Positions 1 to 9,037 of a stretch of 50,132 nt of DNA are shown here, piece by piece (position 1 is the first letter of the stretch; each line of letters opens with the position of its first letter). Origin of the DNA: a virus. Its lineage: Duplodnaviria; Caudoviricetes. Location: the IMG/VR virus record IMGVR_UViG_3300044838_000066, positions 1 to 50,132 of that record; one strand, 5' to 3'. The notes under the pieces were generated by a model. The model was not told the DNA's origin, did no database searches, and saw nothing but the letters and a program-made list of their open reading frames with translations. The position numbers and the translations under genes are program-made.

Positions 1-514
<514 letters not shown>

Positions 515-518
515 ACCG

Positions 519-1097
519 TTACTCAGGCTTATGGGCCGGGGCGTTCGTGAGGTCCACGGTGGCCGATGGACTTGTGGGTATTATTTCAATCGCTTCAGTT
601 AGGAGAATCCTCGGCACGCTCACCGAGAGTTTGGATGACGCGATATCTAGGCCGTCAATAGCGATCTTGGATAAGGTGAAAGCCTTATTCCAATACCAAA
701 TGCGGCGCGCATCTTCCAATACGACTTCTGTTCCGTTTCGCGCCTTAAGCGTGCCGAAGTGGACGCCTGCCGAATACGTACGCACGATCACGGCCTTTCC
801 GATCATCTCGGAGCCTAGAGACTGCGTGCCGCATTGGGACACTGAGGATGCAGGCGAGCCGGTCAATATGCCGAGCCGTTCCGATGCCCGCGAGTAGAAG
901 AGTGCGGCAAGCTCGCGGGCTTGGCCGAGCGTGAGATCATCGAGATCCATGGTGGTCTTCTTTCGTTGGTCAGAGATTTGCACGTCGGCGGCGCATTGCT
1001 TCTCGTATTTGTCTATGAGCGCGAGCACGTCGTCGCGATTGACGAGGCGGCTGAGACTCCCGCCTAAAACTGATATTTCATCACGCAGCGCGCTCAC
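519..1097 (-). CDS. Conserved phage protein, DUF6948-like C-terminal domain
   Basis: Motif IGKAVIVRTYSAGVHFGTL...LEDARRIWYW, recalled as a family often adjacent to Gly-X repeat ORFs in phages. Start overlaps the upstream stop. Confidence 0.75.
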   Translation of the reverse strand: MSALRDEISVLGGSLSRLVNRDDVLALIDKYEKQCAADVQISDQRKKTTMDLDDLTLGQARELAALFYSRASERLGILTGSPASSVSQCGTQSLGSEMIGKAVIVRTYSAGVHFGTLKARNGTEVVLEDARRIWYWNKAFTLSKIAIDGLDIASSKLSVSVPRILLTEAIEIIPTSPSATVDLTNAPAHKPE

Positions 1098-1291
1098 CGA
1101 TGCACGTCATTGCTTTTGCACCATACTTCGTGGTGCGTGCGAACCATGCGCTGCTCGTAATCAGGGGATGATATGGTTGCAATCGCGCCGCAGTTGCAGG
1201 TTGATCTGGTGAGGATTCTTGCGCGCTGCCTTGCGTCGTCGTCTTCGAGTTTTTGGACTTCGCTTTGTAGATTTTCAAACCACGTACTCAT
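1094..1291 (-). CDS. Small hypothetical protein with CxCG...HxxxC motif
   Basis: Start reassigned to MSTWFE (1291) by ATGA overlap with the upstream gene; its stop overlaps the next start. Confidence 0.6.
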   Translation of the reverse strand: MSTWFENLQSEVQKLEDDDARQRARILTRSTCNCGAIATISSPDYEQRMVRTHHEVWCKSNDVHR

Positions 1292-1443
1292 TCGCATTCC
1301 CCGTTGCATGTGATCGTTTGACAAAAGGGGCATGCGTTTTCACATACGCCCGTATCATGAAATCCGTCCCCTAATCCCTCGAAGCATATTTTGCAGTCTC
1401 CTACGTATTTTGGGGCGGCGGTTGTTTCGATTAGTGCGTTCAT
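1288..1443 (-). CDS. 51-aa Cys-rich protein (not in ORF track)
   Basis: Hand translation MNALIETTAAPKYVGDCKICFEGLGDGFHDTGVCENACPFCQTITCNGECE; ATGA overlaps at both ends. Confidence 0.65.
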   Translation of the reverse strand: MNALIETTAAPKYVGDCKICFEGLGDGFHDTGVCENACPFCQTITCNGECE

Positions 1444-1598
1444 TTGTAGCTCATCCCATAAAGAAGCCGGCGCGCTATGCCGGGAGGCAGATAAGGGGCC
1501 TGGGCGATGATCGCGTCTTCGCGTTGCTCCTGGGCCGTGCGCGGGGCTTGGAGTGCGCGCTTGGCCTGCATAGCGAGGGCGAAGGTCTGGGCATTCAT
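1440..1598 (-). CDS. 52-aa hypothetical protein, first gene of leftward early operon (not in ORF track)
   Basis: MNAQTFALAMQAKRAL...MSYK; AAGAAGG upstream; stop overlaps the next ATG. Confidence 0.6.
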   Translation of the reverse strand: MNAQTFALAMQAKRALQAPRTAQEQREDAIIAQAPYLPPGIARRLLYGMSYK

Positions 1599-1668
1599 AG
1601 CCTTCTTAGTATATCATAGGTCGATAACAAAAGTACAGATTATGTTTGATGTATGGTATCATAGTGGC
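1599..1668. promoter_or_regulatory. Divergent promoter region (genetic switch-like)
   Basis: Minus-strand TGaTATACT extended -10 at ~1609-1617; plus-strand TGgTATCAT at 1654-1662, 6 nt before ATG 1669; AT-rich. Confidence 0.65.
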
Positions 1669-1923
1669 ATGGATACGCGCTTCGCGGCTCTCATCTCGCG
1701 CCTTTCGACCGGAAAGCTTGCCTTGGACGTTGGTGTAACACCAACCACGGTTTCAAAGTGGAAGGGCTCCCTTTGGTTGCCCCGTCCTCAGCATTACGAG
1801 AAGCTCGCCCAGGCGTGCAAGATGACCGTGGACGAGCTTGCCGCGGTTGTCTATGCGGATCATATCCGACGACCCCGCGCGCGTCGCGCCGCCAATCTCA
1901 CCTCACCCTCTAAGGAGTCCTAA
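1669..1923 (+). CDS. Cro/CI-type (XRE) HTH regulator
   Basis: LALDVGVTPTTVSKWKG...P...LAQACKMTVDEL is an HTH_3-like pattern. Start reassigned to ATG 1669. Confidence 0.8.
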   Translation: MDTRFAALISRLSTGKLALDVGVTPTTVSKWKGSLWLPRPQHYEKLAQACKMTVDELAAVVYADHIRRPRARRAANLTSPSKES

Positions 1924-3113
1924 TGAATAACACGTCCCTAGCGACCGTCAACACGGAAGCCCTGCCGTCTATTCCCAAGCCCGCAAGCTCCTCGCAATTC
2001 GTCTTTCAGCCGCAGAGTTACGCGGAATGGATGGAGCTTTGCAAGATGCTTTCGCAGTCGGATATTATCCCGAAGTCGCTTCAGGGCAAGCCCGGCAACG
2101 TCTATATCATCCTCCAAATGGGCACGCGCCTCGGTATCGACCCCGGATTCATGTTGCAAAACGTGTACGTCGTGAACGGGCGCCCGGCGATGTTCGGCGA
2201 TTTGCCGCTTTCAATCGTGCGCGCGAGCGGCCGGCTTGAGTGGATTAAAGAGGGATACCGCGGCGAGGAGAAGTCGGCGAAGGACATCGGCGAGGACTTT
2301 ACCGCGGTATGCGAAGTGAAGCGGTACGGGCAAGAACCGATCACGCAAACATTCTCCGTTGCCGATGCGCGCGAGGCGAACCTATGGGGCAACGCCGGGC
2401 CGTGGAAACAGTACTGGAAGCGCATGCTGAAGTTCCGTGCTCGCGGATTCGCACTACGGGATGTATTCGGAGATGTGCTTCAGGGCCTGGCGTGCGGCGA
2501 AGAGGAGCGGGATGCGGAACTAAAGACCGTAACAGAAACGCAGCCGAGCGTCGGCGGATCGCGCACGGAATCGCTGCTCGCGAAGATGCAAAGCGCGCAG
2601 CTCCCCGCAGGGAAGGTTGCCGCGCCGATCACGTTCGATCAGCGAGAGGCGGGCGAGGTTCTCGCTGAGACAATCAAAACGGCGGAAGCGATCGGCCTTG
2701 AGCCGTTGAGCTTGGACGTTAAGATCAAAGACGATCAGCCCGATCCCGAGGTCACGGTAAGCATGGTAACGACCCAGGCGAAGCGCAAGGGCCTCAACGA
2801 GGACGCCTTTCGCATACTCGTCCAAAACTCGACGGGAAGCACGAAGCTTACCAAAGCGAACATTGGAAAGGTTATCGATGCGATTAACGCGCTGCCGCTG
2901 CCGATGATCTCGGATGATGACCTCGAAAAATTTGGTCATAACGTGCCGCCGCCGGATCTGCGGATGCTCGCGGTCGCGGCGAACAAGTGCGGCATGGACC
3001 TGCGCGATGTCATGTCACTTATCGGCGAGCTTGCGTTATCGACCCCGTTGACGGCGGAATCGTACAAGATCGTGCTCGGCGAGATTGATGCTCGCGTGGC
3101 GGCGGCGGTGTAA
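1923..3113 (+). CDS. RecT-like single-strand annealing recombinase
   Basis: QNVYVVNGRPAMFGD, A...LWG..GPWKQY.KRML.FRARGFALRDVFGDVL.G motifs; SD AAGGAG; YqaJ gene nearby. Confidence 0.85.
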   Translation: MNNTSLATVNTEALPSIPKPASSSQFVFQPQSYAEWMELCKMLSQSDIIPKSLQGKPGNVYIILQMGTRLGIDPGFMLQNVYVVNGRPAMFGDLPLSIVRASGRLEWIKEGYRGEEKSAKDIGEDFTAVCEVKRYGQEPITQTFSVADAREANLWGNAGPWKQYWKRMLKFRARGFALRDVFGDVLQGLACGEEERDAELKTVTETQPSVGGSRTESLLAKMQSAQLPAGKVAAPITFDQREAGEVLAETIKTAEAIGLEPLSLDVKIKDDQPDPEVTVSMVTTQAKRKGLNEDAFRILVQNSTGSTKLTKANIGKVIDAINALPLPMISDDDLEKFGHNVPPPDLRMLAVAANKCGMDLRDVMSLIGELALSTPLTAESYKIVLGEIDARVAAAV

Positions 3114-3301
3114 TGGGCGACTTTTTGGCGATCAACGGGCATGGCGTCGGACTAGCGGCGATGAATGTGGAGGACAATCGCCGCTATGGATCAGGGCGAG
3201 CGCAACCCGCCTACGGCGATGAAGCAATCTTCTGGTATCTCGCATTTTTGACGCTCGAAGACGCGCGCGAATGGTACGCCATAAGCGCAATGGAGTTTTG
3301 A
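3113..3301 (+). CDS. Hypothetical protein
   Basis: TAATG overlap with the RecT-like gene. Confidence 0.5.
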   Translation: MGDFLAINGHGVGLAAMNVEDNRRYGSGRAQPAYGDEAIFWYLAFLTLEDAREWYAISAMEF

Positions 3302-3429
3302 TGAGCGCACTCAACTGCAAGCACTGCGGCATGGGATGGCGGGAAGCGGTATTCCAGTCATGCGCCAAGGCTCCCAATCACGAGTTCGCATCCAAGGAAA
3401 AAAGAGGCAACGCGCCATGATTATGACCT

Positions 3430-3744
3430 ATGGCGAGCGAGTGGACGATAGGCACGGCTATGCAGCATTTACTTGCGCTCCGCGAATCGGATTTGCGGGC
3501 GGTCGATACGCTATTCATTGCGAGCCGCGAAGCGATCACGAAAGCAGACGCAGCCAATGAGAAACGATTCGACAACACGAACGAATGGCGCGCGAGCTTT
3601 GCCGACCTGCAAACGAAATTCATTACGCGCGTTGAGGTGGACGCGCTTATGTCAAAACGACAAAGCGGAGACTTCTCCCTTATCGCAGCGATTAGTTCCG
3701 TTGCCGCGATTATCGGCGCACTCCTTGGACACTTTTGGAGATGA
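3430..3744 (+). CDS. Hypothetical protein, coiled-coil with C-terminal transmembrane helix
   Basis: C-terminal hydrophobic FSLIAAISSVAAIIGALLG; fits the operon spacing. Confidence 0.7.
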   Translation: MASEWTIGTAMQHLLALRESDLRAVDTLFIASREAITKADAANEKRFDNTNEWRASFADLQTKFITRVEVDALMSKRQSGDFSLIAAISSVAAIIGALLGHFWR

Positions 3745-3750
3745 TGTGAT

Positions 3751-4698
3751 GTGGTGAATACTGAAGAACGCGCTGCGTTTCTGGAAAGAAGAAAGAAGGG
3801 AATTGGCGGAAGCGATGCTGCTGCCGTAATCGGTTTTAGTCCCTACCGTACAGCGCTGGACGTGTACCTCGAAAAGCGCGGGGAGATTGAACCGGATGAC
3901 CTCTCTGATAACCTCGCGGTGCAATGCGGCATAGAACTTGAGGATTTCGTCGCGCGTAAATATGCGACGGAGACGGGCAACGCGGTCGAGCGCGTACCTG
4001 AGACGCTCGTTCATCCGGTGCATGGATTCATGCTCGCGAATCTCGATGGGCGCGTTATAGGGAAACCGCGCGGCGTGGAATGTAAAACCGCGTCGCCCAT
4101 TCAGGCGAAAAACTCTGACCTTTGGGGCCGCGCGGGGACTGACGAAATTCCGCAACAGTATCTGTGTCAGGTACAGCATTATCTTGGCGTTACGAATCTT
4201 GAGGCGTTCGACGTTCCTGTTCTTTTCTTAGGCGCAGAATTCCGCATTTATACCGTGCATCGAAATCAGGCATTTATCGACGCGCTTATCGACGCGGAGG
4301 CCGCATTTTGGAACGGCGTAGTAAACGGCATCCCGCCGAACGCGCAAACGATTGCCGACACACGGCGCAAGTTTCCTAGTCATGTCGCAAAGACGAAAGT
4401 TGAAGCGGATGAGTACACGCGCGAACTCGTCGAAGAGTACTTGTCCCTTGACGAGCAAATCAAGGCGTTGCGCGAAGTAGAGGAGCGTAAGGAGAACATT
4501 GCGGCCAAGATCGGCGACTTCATGGGAACCAATGAGGTGTTGACTATCGGCGGCGTGGATCGTCTTTCGTTCAAGGGACAAAGCACCGGGAAGCGTTTGC
4601 CGTCGTCCTTCAAGAACGCGGAGCCGGATATCTTCGCCAAGTACGCGGTCGAAGGACAGACGCGCATTATGCGGATATTGAAAGAGAAGAAGTCGTGA
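3751..4698 (+). CDS. YqaJ-like viral recombinase / lambda-type exonuclease
   Basis: RRKGIGGSDAAAVIG.SPY, ANLDG, ECKT and Y..QVQHYL motifs. Confidence 0.92.
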   Translation: MVNTEERAAFLERRKKGIGGSDAAAVIGFSPYRTALDVYLEKRGEIEPDDLSDNLAVQCGIELEDFVARKYATETGNAVERVPETLVHPVHGFMLANLDGRVIGKPRGVECKTASPIQAKNSDLWGRAGTDEIPQQYLCQVQHYLGVTNLEAFDVPVLFLGAEFRIYTVHRNQAFIDALIDAEAAFWNGVVNGIPPNAQTIADTRRKFPSHVAKTKVEADEYTRELVEEYLSLDEQIKALREVEERKENIAAKIGDFMGTNEVLTIGGVDRLSFKGQSTGKRLPSSFKNAEPDIFAKYAVEGQTRIMRILKEKKS

Positions 4699-5018
4699 GC
4701 GAGGTTGCGATGATTATCGACGCCTTCGCCGTCTTCATGGTTCTTGCATGGCTACGCGAGCACGGGCGCGCTATCCGGCTGGAGAACCTGTGCCGCAAGT
4801 GTATTGAGGACATGCGCGTGTGGGAATCCAAAGAGAAGGCGCGCGTGGAACCCGTTGCGCCTGTGAAGGTTCAGGCATCGCCGAGATGTACGATGTGCGG
4901 TCATTGTATGTCCATGGGATCGAAATGCTTTTCGATGTCTCGGAAAACTGCGCCTAATACGAAAATGGCGATTGTATGCAACGCATGCAATTCCAAATTC
5001 CACGCTATGATGAAATGA
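4695..5018 (+). CDS. Hypothetical protein with N-terminal TM helix and CxxC pairs
   Basis: GTGA overlap; CTMC and CNAC. Confidence 0.6.
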   Translation: MSEVAMIIDAFAVFMVLAWLREHGRAIRLENLCRKCIEDMRVWESKEKARVEPVAPVKVQASPRCTMCGHCMSMGSKCFSMSRKTAPNTKMAIVCNACNSKFHAMMK

Positions 5019-5021
5019 GCG

Positions 5022-5648
5022 TTACCACGGCAGCGTAGTGCCGTTCAGGACGACCGGCGAGAATTGTGCGTGCGCAGTCTCGCAGTACAGTCCCACGCCG
5101 CCCGTGAGATAGGGCGCCTGCGTGTCCGTGAACGTAACGAGTTGCTTGCCGTTTGCGGTGACGGTCATGGTCGGCCCGATTTGTTTTACTTGTACGGATA
5201 TGGGCGTGCCGATGGGAAATCCCGGCGATGAGCCGTCCGAGAGAAAGCGTTGCGCGCCTGGGTACGTGGGATCTTGCTTACTGAGGCTCCATCCGCCCGG
5301 CTCCAACGTGATGGCGTAAAAGTGATTATTGTCCGTGTAACGCCAGAGGAACCACGCGACTTCCCACGGATCGGGCGTGCGCGCGGTACGCAACTGCGCG
5401 AGCGTCGTGAGCATCGTCGATGCGGCGATGTCCCCGAATGATGCAGTTGAGGTCGCCAAGCACGATCCCGCCTCCGTGTTGACGTACGCAGATCCGGGCT
5501 GCATCTGAAGGTCCGATCCGACAACTTGCGTGAGGCCGGACATGCCCCATTGCTGTTTCCATGCGCCGTACGTTTGGCCGTCTTGCCATGCACCCGTCGG
5601 CGGGGGCGTCTTCTTGCGGCGATTCGATCCGAAGGATACGTTACTCAT
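5022..5648 (-). CDS. Beta-sandwich, ConA/DUF1080-like lectin-fold protein
   Basis: Start reassigned to MSNVSFG (AAGAGG upstream). C-terminal VTANGKQLVTFTD...GGVGLYCE resembles DUF1080-type folds. Confidence 0.55.
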   Translation of the reverse strand: MSNVSFGSNRRKKTPPPTGAWQDGQTYGAWKQQWGMSGLTQVVGSDLQMQPGSAYVNTEAGSCLATSTASFGDIAASTMLTTLAQLRTARTPDPWEVAWFLWRYTDNNHFYAITLEPGGWSLSKQDPTYPGAQRFLSDGSSPGFPIGTPISVQVKQIGPTMTVTANGKQLVTFTDTQAPYLTGGVGLYCETAHAQFSPVVLNGTTLPW

Positions 5649-5871
5649 ACGTGCCTCTTTTCTTATCCATTCCTTCCGAGCCTTTCGGCTTCGGCGGATC
5701 GGGCGCGTAATACAGATCACCGTTTTTCTCCGTGCGCTCGATAATTATACACGCGAGATAGTTCCCGCGCGAGGTTCCCACGTCGGCCGCGGCCTTGTCT
5801 ATCGCGGCGACAATCGACTTCGGTAGCCGGATCGCGATAGTCTCTGTATCTCCGCGTACGCCGGTTCTCAT
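5641..5871 (-). CDS. Ribbon-helix-helix (CopG/Arc-like) regulator
   Basis: TIAIRLPKSIVAAIDKAAADVGTSRGNYLACII; palindrome GTTACGTAAC (5876-5885) just upstream of the start. Confidence 0.8.
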   Translation of the reverse strand: MRTGVRGDTETIAIRLPKSIVAAIDKAAADVGTSRGNYLACIIIERTEKNGDLYYAPDPPKPKGSEGMDKKRGTYE

Positions 5872-5979
5872 AACGTTACGTAACTATCGCGCGGCGTAGT
5901 TGCTATCGGCATGGCGCATCGTATTTGCAACGTGCCCGCGAACATCCTTGCGGGGAGTTTTTACGACGACGGGGGAAAC

Positions 5980-6009
5980 AAAAAAGCGACGCTCCCACGT
6001 CGCTTTTTT
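5980..6009. terminator. Bidirectional intrinsic terminator
   Basis: AAAAAAGCGACG-ctccca-CGTCGCTTTTTT. Confidence 0.85.
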
Positions 6010-6037
6010 ACATACAGCCTTGCCAAAGGACCTGCAC

Positions 6038-6172
6038 ATGATCGCCCCCCAAATCACGAAAGGCTCTCGCGTGAAAGATACCACGCCGCCAAAACACACC
6101 CCTACTTCCTCGGTTGTTGACCTTTCTTCGGCGGTTGAACGTATTGCCCGCCAAGGCGACGTTTTTGCATGA
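6038..6172 (+). CDS. 44-aa leader ORF translationally coupled to the initiator
   Basis: AAAGGA SD before ATG 6038; TGA overlaps the ATG of 6169 (ATGA). Confidence 0.5.
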   Translation: MIAPQITKGSRVKDTTPPKHTPTSSVVDLSSAVERIARQGDVFA

Positions 6173-6663
6173 AATTCAAGGGCGACATACGCGAGCTTCT
6201 CATCGGCTCATGGAAGACGATTGAACGCGCAGGGGGCAAGCCGACGATCAATGCCGTGATTCGCGCTGCCCGCGAATGCTACGGAGCTACTTTCCGCACA
6301 ATGGAAGGATTCTCCATCCTAAAACCATTTGCTGAAAAAGCGCAGTCAGGAACAACTTTTCCCGCACGCGGGAACAACATTGACGCTAATACTAAGCAAT
6401 ACGGAACAACTCGGGAACAGAACGGGAACAAAACAGGAACAACTTTTCCCGCACGCGGGAACAACTCGGGAACAACCACGGAACAACATGGGAACAGCAA
6501 CGTGCGCGCGTTACGTCCTAGTCCTATTCCTTATCCTAAATATCCTAACGCGCGTACGCGCGAAAGCAAACAAGCCCAAGGTAGGACGCCAGAGGAAGAA
6601 GAAGCCGTAAGGCGTGCGATTGAACGAGCAGCGGAACAGACACGACGCAGCGAGGAGCTGTGA
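6169..6663 (+). CDS. Putative replication initiator containing iterons
   Basis: Lies directly upstream of the DnaC-like loader and carries internal phased repeats (lambda O-like arrangement). Confidence 0.7.
   Translation: MKFKGDIRELLIGSWKTIERAGGKPTINAVIRAARECYGATFRTMEGFSILKPFAEKAQSGTTFPARGNNIDANTKQYGTTREQNGNKTGTTFPARGNNSGTTTEQHGNSNVRALRPSPIPYPKYPNARTRESKQAQGRTPEEEEAVRRAIERAAEQTRRSEEL
6347..6549. repeat. Putative replication origin 1 (iterons)
   Basis: Ten GGAACA copies (6349, 6371, 6403, 6414, 6425, 6436, 6458, 6469, 6480, 6491), mostly in 11-bp register; 32-bp exact repeat 6347-6378 = 6434-6465; CCTA-rich tract follows. Confidence 0.8.
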
Positions 6664-6664
6664 G

Positions 6665-7429
6665 ATGAAGCCGATTGATACGTCACTTCGCCTCTTTCAC
6701 GACGAGCTAATGCGGATGCGCGATAACCCGGAAGTGCAAAGGCGCGTACGAGAAGTCGAAGAAGCGAACGCCCGACGAGACGCGGCTACGGCGCAAATGA
6801 AAATCGACCGCGTGAAAGCCCTGAGCATCATCGGCGAGCGATTCGAGGGACGCACGTTCGATAATTTTAAATCCTTGACCGGGAACGCATTAGCGCTCTT
6901 CGCTGCCAGGCAAGTCGCCGCGAATCCCAAGAAGGGCATCGTCCTTTACGGTCCCCCCGGCAACGGCAAGACGCATATCGTGGGCGCTATCGCTAATGAC
7001 TGCATCGCGCGCGGTATCCCGGCGATATGTAACACGGTCGGTAGGATTCTCTCCAAGGTGCGCGCCACGTATAACGACGGCGGAACGGAAACAGAATCGT
7101 CGTTCCTGGACAAGTGCGCGAATGTAAAAATGCTTATCCTCGACGACCTTGGGAAAGAGACGCTTACGCCGTGGAGTATGCGGTTTTTATGGGAGCTTAT
7201 CAATGCCAGGTATGAGCGCGAACTACCGATCATCGCCACTAGCAACGTCTCGCTCGAAAAGCTTACGCAACACTATCTCGCACCGATCCCCGGCATTGAC
7301 GCGCATATCCCGCTTTCCATGATCGACCGCTTGGAGGAAATGTGGGGGGAGTGGATTCCGGTACGCGGGGAATCCCGCCGCAAGCGAACCAAGAAAGTGG
7401 AAGAGATTCCTTGGCCGACGAGCCGTTAG
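6665..7429 (+). CDS. DnaC/IstB-like AAA+ helicase loader
   Basis: TFDNF, Walker A GPPGNGKT, Walker B LILDDLG, LINARY...TSN. Start reassigned to 6665. Confidence 0.92.
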   Translation: MKPIDTSLRLFHDELMRMRDNPEVQRRVREVEEANARRDAATAQMKIDRVKALSIIGERFEGRTFDNFKSLTGNALALFAARQVAANPKKGIVLYGPPGNGKTHIVGAIANDCIARGIPAICNTVGRILSKVRATYNDGGTETESSFLDKCANVKMLILDDLGKETLTPWSMRFLWELINARYERELPIIATSNVSLEKLTQHYLAPIPGIDAHIPLSMIDRLEEMWGEWIPVRGESRRKRTKKVEEIPWPTSR

Positions 7430-7431
7430 GC

Positions 7432-7791
7432 ATGTATCAGCAGATTTGGCCCCATGATACGGCATCGCTGACCCCATTAGACATGGTGTGGATTATGGCT
7501 CATGGCGATGCATCGATGTCCGAAGATGATCGCAAATGGATTGAATCCAATCGCCAATGGAAGCGTGGAGAATCGGCTCGCTACAATGCAGTCAAGGCGA
7601 TCATTGCCCTGTATCTTTCACGAAATCAAGTTCCGACGTTTCCCGACGTTTGGGCGATGATCGACAAGCTATTTCAAGAGCCGGATGAGGAGTATCGTCT
7701 CGATATGCGCGCCTGCATGGAGGCCGACTTCGACTTTCTCATGATGGAGTGGGCCGAAGATATGGTCGCAGACACCGAAGAGGTTGCCTAG
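7432..7791 (+). CDS. Hypothetical protein
   Basis: ATG 2 nt after the loader stop; acidic C-terminus. Confidence 0.6.
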   Translation: MYQQIWPHDTASLTPLDMVWIMAHGDASMSEDDRKWIESNRQWKRGESARYNAVKAIIALYLSRNQVPTFPDVWAMIDKLFQEPDEEYRLDMRACMEADFDFLMMEWAEDMVADTEEVA

Positions 7792-7888
7792 AACCCGCCC
7801 AGGATGCGCGCAACGGGCGGGGGCCTTAGTCTAAGTAAGGGCGACGGCCCGGCGCGCTCCCAGGGGCGTTTAAGGGGCCTTGCCGCGC

Positions 7889-7984
7889 TTACAGGTCTTC
7901 GAGGTTCATTGCCATGATGGCAATGAACGCAATGATGACCACGACGCCGAGCGAGCCGACGATGGCAAGCAGAAACTCAAGCAC
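7889..7984 (-). CDS. Possible 31-aa single-TM peptide (not in ORF track)
   Basis: MLEFLLAIVGSLGVVVIIAFIAIMAMNLEDL; GTG start with a weak SD. Confidence 0.35.
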   Translation of the reverse strand: MLEFLLAIVGSLGVVVIIAFIAIMAMNLEDL

Positions 7985-8032
7985 GTCCCTAGGATATCAC
8001 CAACGTCGCGGCGACCGGAGTCGTTGACTGTC

Positions 8033-8085
8033 CACCGAGGCGGCACCGAGGTATTCGTGCCCAAACACCGAGGCGGCACCGAGGT
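8033..8085. repeat. Direct repeat CACCGAGGCGGCACCGAGGT x2 (four CACCGAGG units)
   Basis: Copies at 8033-8052 and 8066-8085. Confidence 0.9.
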
Positions 8086-8167
8086 TAAGCGTTCTTCGGT
8101 CAACGCTTGCGTCGATCGAATGAGGCAAGAGGAGGAAGGCTAAGGCTGGAGAGCAAACGTCGGCAGC

Positions 8168-8578
8168 GTGGAATCCAACACCCTCATACCGCTCCCAAGC
8201 GACCGAGACTTCCTCGAAGCCGATTGGATACGACCTGGAGGCGAAGGCAAATGCGACTTTCCCGGATGCGGCAAGGTCCTCACGCGCCGCGGTATGGGCC
8301 GGCACAAGGCGATCCATGCCCGCAAGGCTCCGCCGAACCCGAACGATGCGATCGTGGAGAAGCTGCGCGAGCGGGTGAAGTCGGAGGTCGCCGATAGCCT
8401 CCTTGCGGCGGAGAAGTGCGCGATGGCGATTGATGAGGCATTCGAGGGATTGAGTAGCACAACGGACTATGATGATGTTACTGCAACTGCGTTGCGATCC
8501 GCGCAAATGCTTTCTCGTAACACGATTCGAGCATTCAACGCCGCACATGACGACCTCGTTATATTAGGAGTTATCTAG
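8168..8578 (+). CDS. C2H2 zinc-finger protein
   Basis: CDFPGCGKVLTRRGMGRHKAIH (C-x4-C-x11-H-x3-H). Confidence 0.7.
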   Translation: MESNTLIPLPSDRDFLEADWIRPGGEGKCDFPGCGKVLTRRGMGRHKAIHARKAPPNPNDAIVEKLRERVKSEVADSLLAAEKCAMAIDEAFEGLSSTTDYDDVTATALRSAQMLSRNTIRAFNAAHDDLVILGVI

Positions 8579-8579
8579 C

Positions 8580-8789
8580 ATGTCCGATGTGATCGTAGAA
8601 ACGCTCGATTGGGATAGTAAGCCAACGCCGATTGACCACTCTCGTTGCCGCGTGCTCATTCATGGTACGGCACGTCAATGTAAGAATCCGAGGACGCGAG
8701 ATGTCCAAGGAAAAGGAATGTGTGAAATTCATTTTAAATCGTTGCAGCGCGGAAAACGCTATGCCTTTCAAAAGGATACAGTGAAATAA
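8580..8789 (+). CDS. Small CCCH-type zinc-binding protein
   Basis: C...C...CxxH pattern; tightly packed with neighbours. Confidence 0.6.
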   Translation: MSDVIVETLDWDSKPTPIDHSRCRVLIHGTARQCKNPRTRDVQGKGMCEIHFKSLQRGKRYAFQKDTVK

Positions 8790-8793
8790 CCTC

Positions 8794-8952
8794 ATGTCTA
8801 TATCCAAGGCTTGCACCGTCATAACCAAACGCGACAAACCCTGCGAGCTACCCGCGATTCGGGAAGTGAACGACAAGCGCGTTTGCAGGTCGCACGCGGC
8901 CCATATCAAGGCTGGTAAGACGTCGCGATTCGTTGAGGAGAAACGCACGTGA
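8794..8952 (+). CDS. 52-aa CCCH-type protein, paralog-like to previous gene (not in ORF track)
   Basis: MSISKACTVITKRDKPCELPAIREVNDKRVCRSHAAHIKAGK... Confidence 0.6.
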   Translation: MSISKACTVITKRDKPCELPAIREVNDKRVCRSHAAHIKAGKTSRFVEEKRT

Positions 8953-9037
8953 GCGGCGAGCTGAATATGCAAGCGACGGAACTACGAAATAAAGCGATCG
9001 CGCTTCTTGCCGTCGCCGCGCAACTGGAGGCGCTTAT

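Noticed and set aside
8033-8085. Possible mini-CRISPR array
   Set aside because: Only two 20-bp copies with a 13-bp gap; no cas genes.
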